A stretch of 64,000 bases of DNA from Lama guanicoe (Eukaryota): NCBI GenBank assembly GCA_013239625.1, contig MU054823.1, forward strand, positions 772,305-836,304. Reading direction: 5' to 3'. The position numbers and the translations under genes are program-made. This document shows, piece by piece, positions 12,171-23,600 of the stretch. Numbering within the stretch: position 1 is the first letter of the stretch; each line of letters starts with the position of its first letter. The notes under the pieces are model-generated. The model ran no database searches. It saw only the letters and a program-made list of their open reading frames with translations, and had not been told where the DNA came from.

Positions 12171-12748
12171 TGTACTGGTTTTCTATTGCTGCTGTAACAA
12201 ATTACCACACACTTAGTGGCTTAAACAACAGACATTCATTATCTTTAAGTTCTTGAGGTCAGAAGTCTGACCTGGATCTCACTGGGCTAAAATCAGGGGT
12301 TGGCAGGACTGTGCTCCTTTCTGAGAGCTCTGGGGAGGATCTGTTTTCTACTGTTTCAGTTTGTTGGCAGAATTTGGTTCTTTGTGGCTGTAGGACTGAA
12401 ATCCCTGTTTTCTTGCTGACTGTAAGCTGAGAATTGTTCCCACCTTCTATGAGTGACCCACATTCCTTGGCTCAGAGCTGCCTTCCTCCATCTTCAAAGC
12501 CAGCCACAGTGGCTTGAGTCCTTCCCGAGCTTTGATTTGCTCCCACTTCTTCCATCTCACCTCTGTGACCCAGCTGGGAAAGGCTCTCTTCTCTTCAGAA
12601 CTCATGTGATGAGGCTGGTCTCACCCTCATGATCCGGGGTAACCTCTCCATCTCAGGGTTGGTAAGTCCATTTGCCAAGTAAGATCACATATTCAGGGTC
12701 TGGGAATGAGGGCGTGGGCATCTTTGGGGACATTATTCTGCTGCCCAG
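12171..12748 (-). mobile_element. MaLR LTR (MLT1-type)
   Basis: Typical end 'tgtactggttttctattgctgctgtaacaaattaccac..cttagtggcttaaacaac' and '..catctttggggacattattctg'. Confidence 0.8.
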
Positions 12749-14552
12749 TGCTGGCCAGTAAATCAACTGTGTGTCCAGGGGACCCTCTGCCAATCTCTGG
12801 AGTTTACTATGTTCCTAGAGCCGCCAACTCCAGCAGGACCCAGGTCTCCTGAGATGCTTCTAGACCATGTCCATGACACAGGCGTGTTGCCGGGCCTCCC
12901 AAGCCCTTCTCAGCTGGGTGCGGCCTCCAGGGGGTGAGCTGAAGTGACCTCAGGGTTCCCCTTCCTTTGTTTCCTGATGTCCATCTCCTTGAGAACCACG
13001 GTTTCACGTGTTTTGTCCAGTTTGGGTTGATTTGGTCGGAATGGCAGGTCGGTCCATTTTTCCCCACCAGGCTGGGAGCTGACGTCTCTTACGTTAGTTT
13101 CTTTTTGTTTGCTCCCATTGAGCTGGGTGCACTTGGGTGAAGGGTGTTCCAGACCTGCAGAGTTGGAGCTGGTTTCCTGAGGCCGTGGAGAGAGGCAGCT
13201 GTGGCTTTTCACAGGGCAAAGCCTCTGCCCAGGAGTGGGCTGCTTCCGTGTGGACTCGATGGGCTCTGGGAGCTCGGGACCTGGGTTCCACGTGAGGCTG
13301 TGCCTGCCTCTGAGAGCTGCTCTGCAGTTCCTCCTGAGCCGGCTGCCAGCGCACCTCAGCCCTTCATCTTTTTGGGCTTTGCGATTTCTTGCTGCCGTCT
13401 TGCTCTGCTGCCATTGGAATATGTGTGTTATTCTTGTTTTCCTGGTTGTTTTAGATGCTCCAGGAAGGAAGGGAAACACCTTGCTGGCATCGCTGTCTTC
13501 TAGCCTGTCTTCTCTGTTTGCTTTCTGTCCGACTGGAACACCTGGAAACTTCCAGGCTGCTAATTTTATCTTTCCCTATGTTCTAGTGCTCTTTTGTGTT
13601 TATTCCTTTAAAACATGCATCTTTTCTGTCATTTCATTGAGGTTTTGGCGGGATAGGTGAATGCTTGGGACCAGTCTGCCTTCCTGACCTAGAATTCTCA
13701 CTTCTTTTTAATTCTGCCGCCTCCCAGGAATCACATGACTTCTCACTCTGCCTCCTTCCTGTGTGTCCACAGCCATGTGAACATGTCCTGCATGCTTGGG
13801 AGCAGATCATGGCAGCGCTCCTTTACCATCTCCACCCTCCTGTGGGCGGGCGAAGGGCAGTGCGCTGCAGCAGGCAGGACATAAGTGTGAACACAGTCAG
13901 GTCCTCAGAGAGTGTGGCCACATGGTGAAGAGGGGGGGTGTTTGCACATTTCATGGGCTCTATTCTTTGGGTCTGTCTGTTGCAAGTGGAGCTTCGAGGC
14001 TTGGGGTGTTTGAAAGCTGTAGCTCTTGAATCCCGTGGGCTGTTTGCATGGTTGGTTTCAGATGCCAGCAAGCCCGCTGGGTCCCTGTGCTGCCCGGCCA
14101 GGCTCTCTCCGCCGGCAGGAGGCTCACTGAATCCTGTGCTGGGATTCTTAGGTGTGGGGAGTCCTGGCCCCGCAGCAGTCGAGGCCCTTGTCCTTGTCCT
14201 CAGGGAGAGGTGTTCCTGCTCTGCACAGACTGGCAGCAACACTAGGCCCTGTGTCCACCCTCTGCCCTTCACGGAGGGCAGGAAGGTGCTGTCGGTGGAC
14301 ATAGTGACCACACTTGCCCAGGCTACCGCGGGGCATCTGGGATGGCCCTGTGGGCTGTCCGTGTGCTGGCGGGGCTACTGGGCGCTGGGAAGTAGTCCTT
14401 TGTCCTCCGAGAGTGGTTGAGCCAAAGTGTGGCAGAGACAGTTGCCCTAGAACAGAGTCATTTGAATCTTGTGTTTTACACACACATAGTATAGTACCTG
14501 CCCGTACATGGAAGAGGCTTATGCATTAAAGGCAGCGTTTTGGTTGCTCCAG

Positions 14553-14608
14553 GTTTGAGAAGAGCTGTCCATGTTCACACCGGGCGAGCGGAAGCCGAGA
14601 CCACAGTG
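14553..14608 (+). other. MROH1: 5'UTR part of the first coding exon of MROH1 (contains uORF 14571-14609)
   Basis: Acceptor TTGCTCCAG|G at 14552/14553; exon 14553-14630 ends at the donor A|GTAAGT. Confidence 0.75.
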
Positions 14609-14630
14609 ATGGGCGAGTCACGTGTGAAGA
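14609..14630 (+). CDS. MROH1: MROH1 coding exon 1
   Basis: ATG GGC GAG TCA CGT GTG AAG A|GTAAGT; strong Kozak context (G at -3 and +4). Confidence 0.85.
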
Positions 14631-17600
14631 GTAAGTGCGGGGCTCTCAGGCGGCCTCCATGTCACACCTGCTGGCTCTTGAGTTTGGGATGCAGAGGAGC
14701 CTGTGGCATTGAGTAAATGGGGTTTGAAGGAATGACAGTGCACGAACACTTTCTCAAGTTTTCATTAAAAAAAAAAAAAAGAAAACAGAGCACTGTTTAT
14801 GCAGATGCTGACACAGAGGTGGCAAATTCGGCCACAGGCTCAGTCTGGTGTGGGGGACAGCCTTTGCTTAGCACACAGGGCTTCGTGCTCCACGTGGGAG
14901 AGTCCCTGTGCCTTCGTCCCTTCCTCCAAAAGCCCTACGGCCAGCATCCCCTCTGCCTGGCCAGTCTTCCCCCAGCCAGGGCCAGCTGTTTGCTGAGGGT
15001 GTGGCCCATGGCAGAGCGGAGGCCGGGGAGCTGTGTCCCTGCCCCACAGGACTCCATCCCCAGGGGTGAGGGAGGCTCTGCAGGCCGCTGCCAGGCACCG
15101 AGCCCTGAGCTCTCAGCACACCGAGGATGGTGGGGTCCTTCCATGGGGTGTGAGGCAGAAGAGGCCTGGCTCCGAGTGGGAGAGTCTGGGGTGATGAGGA
15201 GGGGTCTTCAAGAGCTGCTGGTGGGACTGGCATGCCGCCCAGCAAGCATAGAGCAAAGTGTGGGCCAGAGGACCACCTTGGAGGCAGCTTCCCAGGAACC
15301 CTGAGCCTTTACCCTCTGCCTTTCATAGGAGCTCCTGTCCAGCAGGGGCAGCAGACATGGAGCAAACACAGCCTGGGTTGTAAGGTCTGGGTAGAGGTGA
15401 GGGGAGTGACCTCAGAGCAGGCGGCCCTTGGGTCCTAGAGACCCTGGCAAGTGAAGTGGAAGGAGGGAGTGGGTTACGAGACTAGGTCAGGTGTGCGTGG
15501 CTGAGGTGTGCGAAGTGGCCCAGCTGGTGGGGCCCTGAGGCATGCGAAGTGGCCGGGGTCCGAGGACTCAGAGGCTGAGCATGACGGTGGTGGCGTCAGT
15601 GCTGGGCCTGAGCACCCACACCGGGCTTTTTCGTGCAGAGCTGGCCACAGTCCTGCTGGACGCCATCACTGACAAGGACCCTCTGGTGCAGGAGCAGGTG
15701 TGTGGCTCCCTGTGTGCCCTTGGAGAGTCTCAGCCTGAGGAGGCACTCGGCGCCTGTGAGGAGCACCTGCGGCAGCATGACAAGGTATCCCTGCCCTTCC
15801 AGGGCAGGGCTATGGGGGCTGCGGGGGCTGCGGGGGCTGTGGGGAGGAGTCTGTGGGTGGGACATGCAGGGTCTGGTGGGTGTGGAGCCGACCAGCCGGG
15901 CTGCTGTGGGCAGAAAGCAGCACCTGCAAGTCCAGGCTCCCTCGAGGCCAGCATGTCCAGGGTAGACGAGCTGCCCTGTGGCCTGGGGGCCAGTCCCATA
16001 GAGAGAGACCGGGTGGTCAGCACCACAGGGTCCAGCCGCTCGCTCGCAGGCCCGGTGCTGCTGTCCCCTTTCACTCTCCTGCCAGAGACTACATGGCTGT
16101 CCCTGCCAGTGAGAGAAGGCCACTGGCATCAGCAGTTGCTGGAGCCCGTGGACAGGCCTTGGGGAGGGGCTGTGCCCGGCAGCCTGGGCCTGGGCTGCCA
16201 GCGCTCCTGCAGACTGCCAGCGGGTGGGCGCGGCCACTCGCAGGCTTCCTCTTCGGCTCTGCGGAGCCCGGCCCTGCAGAGGTGGCTGAGCGCCCACCCA
16301 TCGCAGAAGAGGCTCCTGCCAGCTGCCTTTCTCCAGGGCCCTGGCTCCAGGCTCCTGTGACACTGACAACTCCCTGTCGTAGGAAATAATCCTGCAGCCT
16401 TTCAGTTTTCCTCAGGGCGTGGTTTAGGCCCATTCCTGGAAGGAAAGGAGACTTGCAGTCTCAAAAGATCACTTTTCTTTTTGTTTTATTTGACACTTTG
16501 ATGACTAAAAGGGGCTCTCTCTGCAGTGTGTTCGCTCCCCTCTGCAGCTGCCACCTCCTGGGGGAGAGAGCCCAGTCCTGCTGTGGCCCTAGGACGTCTC
16601 CCTTCGTGCAGAGGGTACTCCTTCCCCCCCGGCTGCCCTGCTGTTCTTGGCCTTTGCAGGTTGCACTGAAGGCTGGGACTGCTACAGGGCTGTGGGTAGG
16701 GAGGCACGGTTCACAGATTAGCCAGGAAGGGCATGTCCACCGCGGCTCCCCTTTGGACTCGCAGTGCCCCTGCTGGGCGTCGGGGCGGGCCATGCTGAAG
16801 TCCATGTCTGACTGGCGGACGGAGATTAGGGCTGCCCTAGCTGTTTGAGGGAATGGCCAACAAAGAGGAAAGGTGGCTGAAAGAAGGTTTGTTATTTTTA
16901 GCAGTTCACAGCAAAATTGAAGTCTGCTTCATGAAAACTTGTTATTTTCTATGTCATTTATGACTTTACCCTCTTTTTAGCCTTTTTAGTTTCTTTAACC
17001 AGCTTTATAAGCAAAGTTCCTTATGTTTATAGTAAACGTGTGTTGTTGGGAGCTGTCCTTAGAGCATAACCCTTGTTGGGCACCCTCTGCCTCTGCCGCC
17101 TCGTCCACACTCTGTGACCGGGGGCTTCTGCCCCTCACTTGTGCTTCTTCATAACTATACTGTATCGGCTGCATCTTAGCCGATTGAGTCTCTCTCCAAA
17201 AAGATGTGGGCCCACAGAAAAGAGCTAAACACTCCATCTGGTCCTCAAAGGTGGGTCAGCAGCTTGAAAGCCTGCGATACTTTGTGGATATCAGCTTCTG
17301 GCGGCTTCTGCTGCCGCCCGGGGCACTGGGGCACCTTTGCTCTCCAGCAGCTGGACCTGGTCTGTGCTCCTGGGTGGTGGTGGGCCTCACTCCTGTTGGC
17401 TGAGGCTCAGCATGGAAGAGGTGGACACAGGGACAAACAGGCTGCTTCACAGAGACTGTCAGGCCAGTGGGTGGGAAGTGGCCTCGAGAAGAGTGGCAGA
17501 GAGAGCTGCTTAGTCTGCCCAGGCCTTTGTGACAGAACGCCACAGGCTGGATGGCTTACAGACAGCAGGCCTGTTCCTCATGGTTCTGGAGGCTGGGAGT

Positions 17601-20600
17601 CCTAAGATCAGGGTGCTGGAAGATTCAGTGCCTGGTGAGAGCCTGCTTCCCCCGAGTCCTCACCTGACAGAAGGGGTGAGGGAGCTCCCTGGGATTTCCT
17701 TCCTGAGGGCACTAATCCCATTCCCCAGGGCTCCCCGTTACAGCCTGATCCCTCCCAAAGGCCCTGCCTGTGTCGTCCGCAAGCTGCCCCGGTTCAGTTT
17801 CCGCTGTGTGAGGATGGCAAGGGGCCTGGGGGCCTGGTGAGGCCCAACCGACCACTCTATCAGGGGGACCTCCGAGAGTCACTCCTCTGCTCGTTGAGCT
17901 CTTGAGAGCAACATAAAATGGAAATACAGCCTTTTCTTTAAAAATAAGTAGCTGTTGCAGTCTCTAGCAAAATCCCAATGATATTTTCTGCAGAAATAGA
18001 AAAGCCCATCCTGAAATTCATAAGGAATCTCAAAGGACTGTGAATGGCAAAAACATTCCCCAAAAAGAACAAAGTGGGAGGACCCACGCTTCCTGATTTC
18101 AGAACTTAACTACAAAGCTACAGTAATCAAACCAGTGTGGTGCTGGCACAGGGGCAGGCATGTAGCCCAAAGGAATAGAACAGAGAGCCCAGAAACAGAC
18201 TCTCCTGTGTGTGGTCAGATGATTTTCAACAAGGGCACTAAGGCCATTCAGTGGGGGAAGGACAGTCTTTCACACATGGAGCTGGGAACGCTGGACGTCC
18301 ATCTGCAAAAGAACGGAGTTGGGCCCCTACCTCACACCACACACAAAATTAACTCAGAAGGGATCAAAGATCTGAATGTAAAACCTACAACTGTAGAACT
18401 TAGAGGAAAACATAGGACAAAAGCATGAGGACATGGGACTTGGCCGTGACTTCTTTGACACCAAAAAGCAGGCAACAGAAGAAAAAAATTGACAAATGTG
18501 ACTTAATAAAACTTTTCATAATTTGTACATCAAAAGATACTATCCATGGAGTAGAAAGGCAGCCCCCAGAATGGGAGAAAGTATTTGCAGATCATACATC
18601 TGATGAGGGATTAATATCCAGAATATATAGAGAACTCCTAAAACTCAACAATAGAAAAACCAAACAGCCCAATTGAAAAATGGGTGGAAAACTGGACTAG
18701 ACATTTCTCTGAAAAAGATACATGAATGGCCAATAAGAACATGAAAGGATGCCCAACATCACTAATCACTGGAGAAATGCAAATTGAAACTGCAATGAAA
18801 CACCACCTTGCAAACATCATGACCGCTACTGTCACAAAACCAGAAAGTAACAAGTGTTGGTGAAGATGTGGAGAAACTGGAAACCTTGTACAGTGGTGGT
18901 AGGAGTGAAAATTGGTACAGCAGCTGTGGAAAACATTATGGTGATTCCTCAAAAAGTTAAAAATAGAATTATCTTATGACCCAGCAATTCCACTTCCAGG
19001 TAAATACCCCAAAGAATTGAAAGCGGGGTCTCTAAGAGGTATTTCCACACCCGTGTTCATAGCAGCATTGATCACGTTAGTCAAAAGGTTGAAGCAACCC
19101 AAGTGCCCATCAGTGGATGGATGGATAAACAAAATATGGTCCTTCCAGACAATGGAATATTATTCAGCCTTAAAAAGGAAGTGAATTCTGACACCTGCTA
19201 CAGCGTGGATGAACTGTGAGGACGGTATGCTCAGTGGAATAAGCCAGTCACAAAAGGACAAATACTATATGATTCCACTTACAGGAGTTATAGAATAGTC
19301 CAATCAGAGACAGAAAGTGGAAAGGTGGGTGTCAGTCTGGGGGAGGGGAATGGGGGTTGGTGTTCAGTGGGGACAGTGTTTCAGTTTTACAAGATGAAGA
19401 GAGTGACAGGGATGAGGGTGGATGGTGGTGGTGCTGGTCACACAGCAAGCCAAATGTGTCTAGCGCTGCTGAGCTGTGCTCTTGAGACGGTTAAGATGGT
19501 AACTTTGTTACGCGTATTTGAACACAATATTGAAAAGCAAAAAGCAAAACAAGACAAACCAGCAGCTGGGAACGACCCCATCGGGAGGACATTGTATTTT
19601 CCCCAGATACAAGCTTTTGCTTCAAGAGGGTTGTTACTGTGTTCACTTTTCAGCCACGTGAGGCTTTCCTTGGAGAAGGATTGTTCCTGAGTGGGGCCTG
19701 TCCCTTCTATTAATGGAGGTGGGGTTTTAAAACAGTGCTTACAGCCATAAAACAACCCAAAATTCAAGCCAAATCCTAGAACGAAAGTAATGTATGTACA
19801 ACCTTTAAACTACATGTAGCTCCCTGTGACACATTTCTTAGCGAGTACATCTTTTTGTGGGGCACCTAGGTTTCTGGTTCCAGTCCATCACAGCTACGGA
19901 CCCAGCGGAACCACCGTGCCCCGCTTCCCTGAGGGCAGGTTGGCCAAGACCAAGTTGGCCCGCCAAGTTCTGGCGGACTGTGAGCAGAACCTGCAGAGCT
20001 CAGGGCCGGGCACTTCATCTCTTCCTTTTGATTTTCGGGGGAAGAAAAGCAAAGATACCATCCAAACATCCTCATATACAAGAAGAAGAAATAAAAGCAG
20101 CTAAAAATGGGTACTTAATACACTGTGATGTGTATTTCCAAGACCAGGAGCCAAAGAGCAAAGCGACAAGAAAGGAGTGATGAGTCCCAATCACGTAGGG
20201 TCAGTGTTCCGGCTGCTTTGCAGAGCTGTTCTTCCCAACTTAGCAGGGATTTTGATTCAGTGGAATTGTACCGTTTACAGTCACTCCCACCTTCCCCAGA
20301 TTCTCTCACTCCCCAAAGAAAAAGTGCCTCCTGTGTCTGGCTTGCCTCTCAGTGACTTCCAGTGAGGCAGCTTAGCCCTGCCGGGCAGGGCAGACTCCCC
20401 CCAAAAAACTCATATCCCACATGGGAAGAGTGCCAAATTACTACAATCTGAAATAATGATTTATTACCAAATTTAGAACTTAAATGCAGGCAAGCCTGCT
20501 TGCTAAAGCCTGAAAGGAAAGGGAAGAGCTTGCTTACAACTGGAGTGGCCAGTACTGACGCAGTGTGGCCATCACTGCTGCCACCAAGACTTGCCACCCC

Positions 20601-23600
20601 ACAGGACACTGGAGAGTTTGATACTGAGAAGAGAAAACTGAAAACTGGAGCTTCCCCTAGAAAACAATGGCCAGTTACGTGTGAACTGCTGGTCCACCCA
20701 GGGGTGTGGGTGATCCATGCTGGCTTTTCTCAGGAACAAATGTCACGTCCACTGGTGGCCTGGCATGAGTGTCTGTGCAACCCACTCAGCCGATGTGTCT
20801 CGAAACAGACATGCCCGGCCGAGCGAGCCCAGCAGTGTGGTTCGGGGTGTGTCTGGGACTCCCTGCACCCACACGGCAGCTCTGAGCAGCTGGCTGCGTG
20901 CCCAGGCCAAGGGGTCGTCCACTTCGTCTGAGTAGTACCTGGACGTCCTCCGAGGCTTCCCTCACCGAGCGGCACCGAGGCCGTATCTCCTGTGTGGGCC
21001 GGTGCTGGCACACTCTTGCTCTCCCCGCTCTCCCCCCTCTCCCCCGTGGGCTGCTCTGCAGGAGGGATGGGGGCGTGCTGTTGGGGAGGGGCTCCTGCCC
21101 CAGGGTCACTAGCACCCCTTCCTCAGCCTGAGTAGCTGCAGGGAGCAGCTGGCCTGAGTCGCTCTCTCTTGCCTTTCTTCCTCCTGTCGCGCAGACTCTG
21201 TCCTGTCCCGGGCGGCCCAGCCCCTCCCACTGCACTGAGACTGTGCCCGCTTTGTCTGCACCTCTGCCTGGGGGCTCTGGGAGTGGTGGAATCCTCAGGG
21301 AGAGGCCAGTCTCAGTCTTTCGTGGCTCCCTGAGCACTTCCTGCCCTCACCTCCAAGCCCTGTGATGCCCTAGGACTCGGGGTGGACAGAGCCCTTCCCT
21401 TGGCTGGGCTCTGCTCACCTCTGGGTCGTCTGTCATTGCGGTGTCATCAGGGTGAAGTGCCACAGAGGAGGAGCACAGGGCCGGATACAGCAGGAGGGGC
21501 CGAGGAGGGGCTACGTCAGGGCTGGGGCGCACTGGCTGGTGGCAGGTTCACCCAGGAGGTGGGGCCTGCGGGGCCACTCGGAGTGGTGTCATTTCACACT
21601 GAAGTCTCAGAAGACCAGCACTCCTTCCTAAGCTGGAGGACGGGCTGTGAGAGACAAGCAAGGCCCCCTCCTTCCCCGCCGGTTTCTCTCCTCAGCTGGC
21701 GCATCCGTACCGGGCAATGATCCTGAGGGCCATGGAGACGGTGGTGAACAATCACCTCAGTGAGCTGGACAAGGACACGGCCAGGGCTGTCATCCTCCTG
21801 GCTTCCGGCGAGATGACCAGAGTGAAGGTATGAGGGGCACCTGCCCTGGCCTGGCTGGCTCGCCCTGGCTCGGGCAGGAATCTTCTTTCCGAGGCCTTTC
21901 CACCCAAGTGCGTCAGGAGTGTGTTTGTCTGGCAGCTTCAGCACTGGCCCCTCGGTCCTGTGTACTGACTACCCGTCTGGGGTGAGGAGGGTCAACCCAC
22001 AATTTCAGATGGAAACAGAGAGCAAAACTCTTAAACTCCCAGGGCACAGAGGCACCTGTGCCCGGCTCTGCTGTTTGAGGACGAGTTGGCTCTGCGTGGG
22101 GCCAGTGCTGCAGCCTGGAGAAGAGGCAGCGTGTTCTCTGATGTGACCAAGGGCAGAGTGGCTCAGGGTTGCCTCTTGGGCGACTTCAGGGTGAGGTACT
22201 GTCTGCTTGGGTCAGGGTGTCAGTTCAGATTTTTGGGGGGCAGGAATTGGTCTACGACTGGCAGCAGGCGGCCAGCAGTGTCCTCGTGGCGGTGGGGAAG
22301 CGATTCATCGGCAGGGTGATGGAGGAGCTGCTGAGCAAGTTCCAGCCCGGGGTCCTGCCCCACTACTTCGTTGTGCAGACGCTTGCCAGCCTCTCAGTTT
22401 CCAATGGTAGGTGACAGCTCGATACCCCCCCAGCCAGTCGAGGGGCCCTCCAAGAGCCCCGATGGCACCCCATGTCCCCACAGTTCTGTCATGAGCCCCA
22501 GGCTGTGCAGAGAGCGGTCCTGGCACGTGGCAGGGCCCTCTGCCTCTTCCTGACGCACCTGCTCTTGCAGTGTTCGGCATGGTGCCCTTCCTGACGTCCG
22601 TCCTGAGCACCATGCTGCCCATGCTGGGCGCCGCCAAGCACGACACCATGAGGGTGGTGTTCTGCTCCGGTAAGATGGGGTCTCTGCGGGGCAGGGGCTG
22701 CGCACTGCCGGGCCACTCCTGGGCCTTCTGTCTCCAGTGCCCCTCTGGGGCGCGTGGGTCCTTTGGGCTGTAGGAGGAGGGTGGGACATTCAGGGGAAGG
22801 GTGACTGCAGGCGGGGCTGGGTGGGCACTGCTGCAGGTAGAGGCCTGGCCTCTGCCCTCTGACTGCTTTTCTCTGCTGCTGGGTTCCTCCCACTCCACCC
22901 CCCATGCAGACCTCACACTGCAGTCCTCTGAGGCCTGGACACTTGACTGGGGGTGCGGAAGAGGCTTGCCCCACGCTGAAGCTGCTCTCAGTCCTCCCCC
23001 TGCTCCGTCCTGGAAAAGTGACCTTTCCCTGGGCATTTTGGCGCAGAGTGCTCTGTCTCACCCTCTGTATGTGTGGCTCTCTGTGTGCCTGGGCAGGGGG
23101 TGGTGCCTCATGGCACGGCGCTTCATGGGAAGAGGGGCTCTTGTGAGAGGGGAATAGAGGATCCTGAAACTGGGGGCTGAGGGGCCTGGGCCTCCTCCAG
23201 CAGCCACCACACTGCCCTTGTCCTTCAACTTCCTGGTGTCCCCAGTGTCCCCGCCCATCTCAGAAAGACTGCTGGCTGGTACTGCGGGGTGGGAGGGGGA
23301 GGCCCCCACGAGGACAGGAGCCTTGTTGATCCCAAGCCCAGCCTGTTAGGAGGTCCTGGGCTCCCATCCTAGGTGACCAGGCCAGGGGGAATGTGGAGGA
23401 GGCAGGGGCGTGGTCGGGTGTGGTTACAACGAGAGGGTGTGGCCGCGGCGGGCAGGAGGTGGGGTGGGATTGGGGTGGGGCTGGGGGGCTCTGTAGTCAG
23501 GTGGAGGGTTGGAGGGTTGGTGTGTTTGAGGAGGGGTCCCAGGGAAGGTGTCCATCCTTTGCACACCTGGGGACTTTCCTAGCAGGGGCCTAGCGCTTTG

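Larger units (their letters stand above)
8440..13680 (-). mobile_element. Large decayed L1 (L1M-type), antisense in MROH1 intron, interrupted by younger elements
   Basis: - strand ORFs 9583-9765 (..NVNHINRPKKKNHIIISIKAKKA.., RT region) and 11057-11278 (..AHEAFTKTD.., endonuclease region) resemble L1 ORF2. The T-rich 11650-13680 stretch resembles the L1M 5' region. Boundaries approximate. Confidence 0.8.

Noticed and set aside
13728-13890. Possible additional non-coding MROH1 exon (good acceptors near 13727 and 13772)
   Set aside because: No convincing GT donor; the best-looking site reads ATAAGT at 13881. Not supportable without transcripts.
15542-16360. 272-aa ORF as a single-exon gene or alternative MROH1 start
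   Set aside because: Only 15639-15784 matches MROH1 and it is bounded by proper splice sites. The flanks are intronic.
15785-21695. Second U12 intron suggested by donor GTATCCCT
   Set aside because: Mismatch to GTATCCTT at +7. The 3' end has a normal polypyrimidine tract and no CCTTAAC branch site, so U2-type is more likely.
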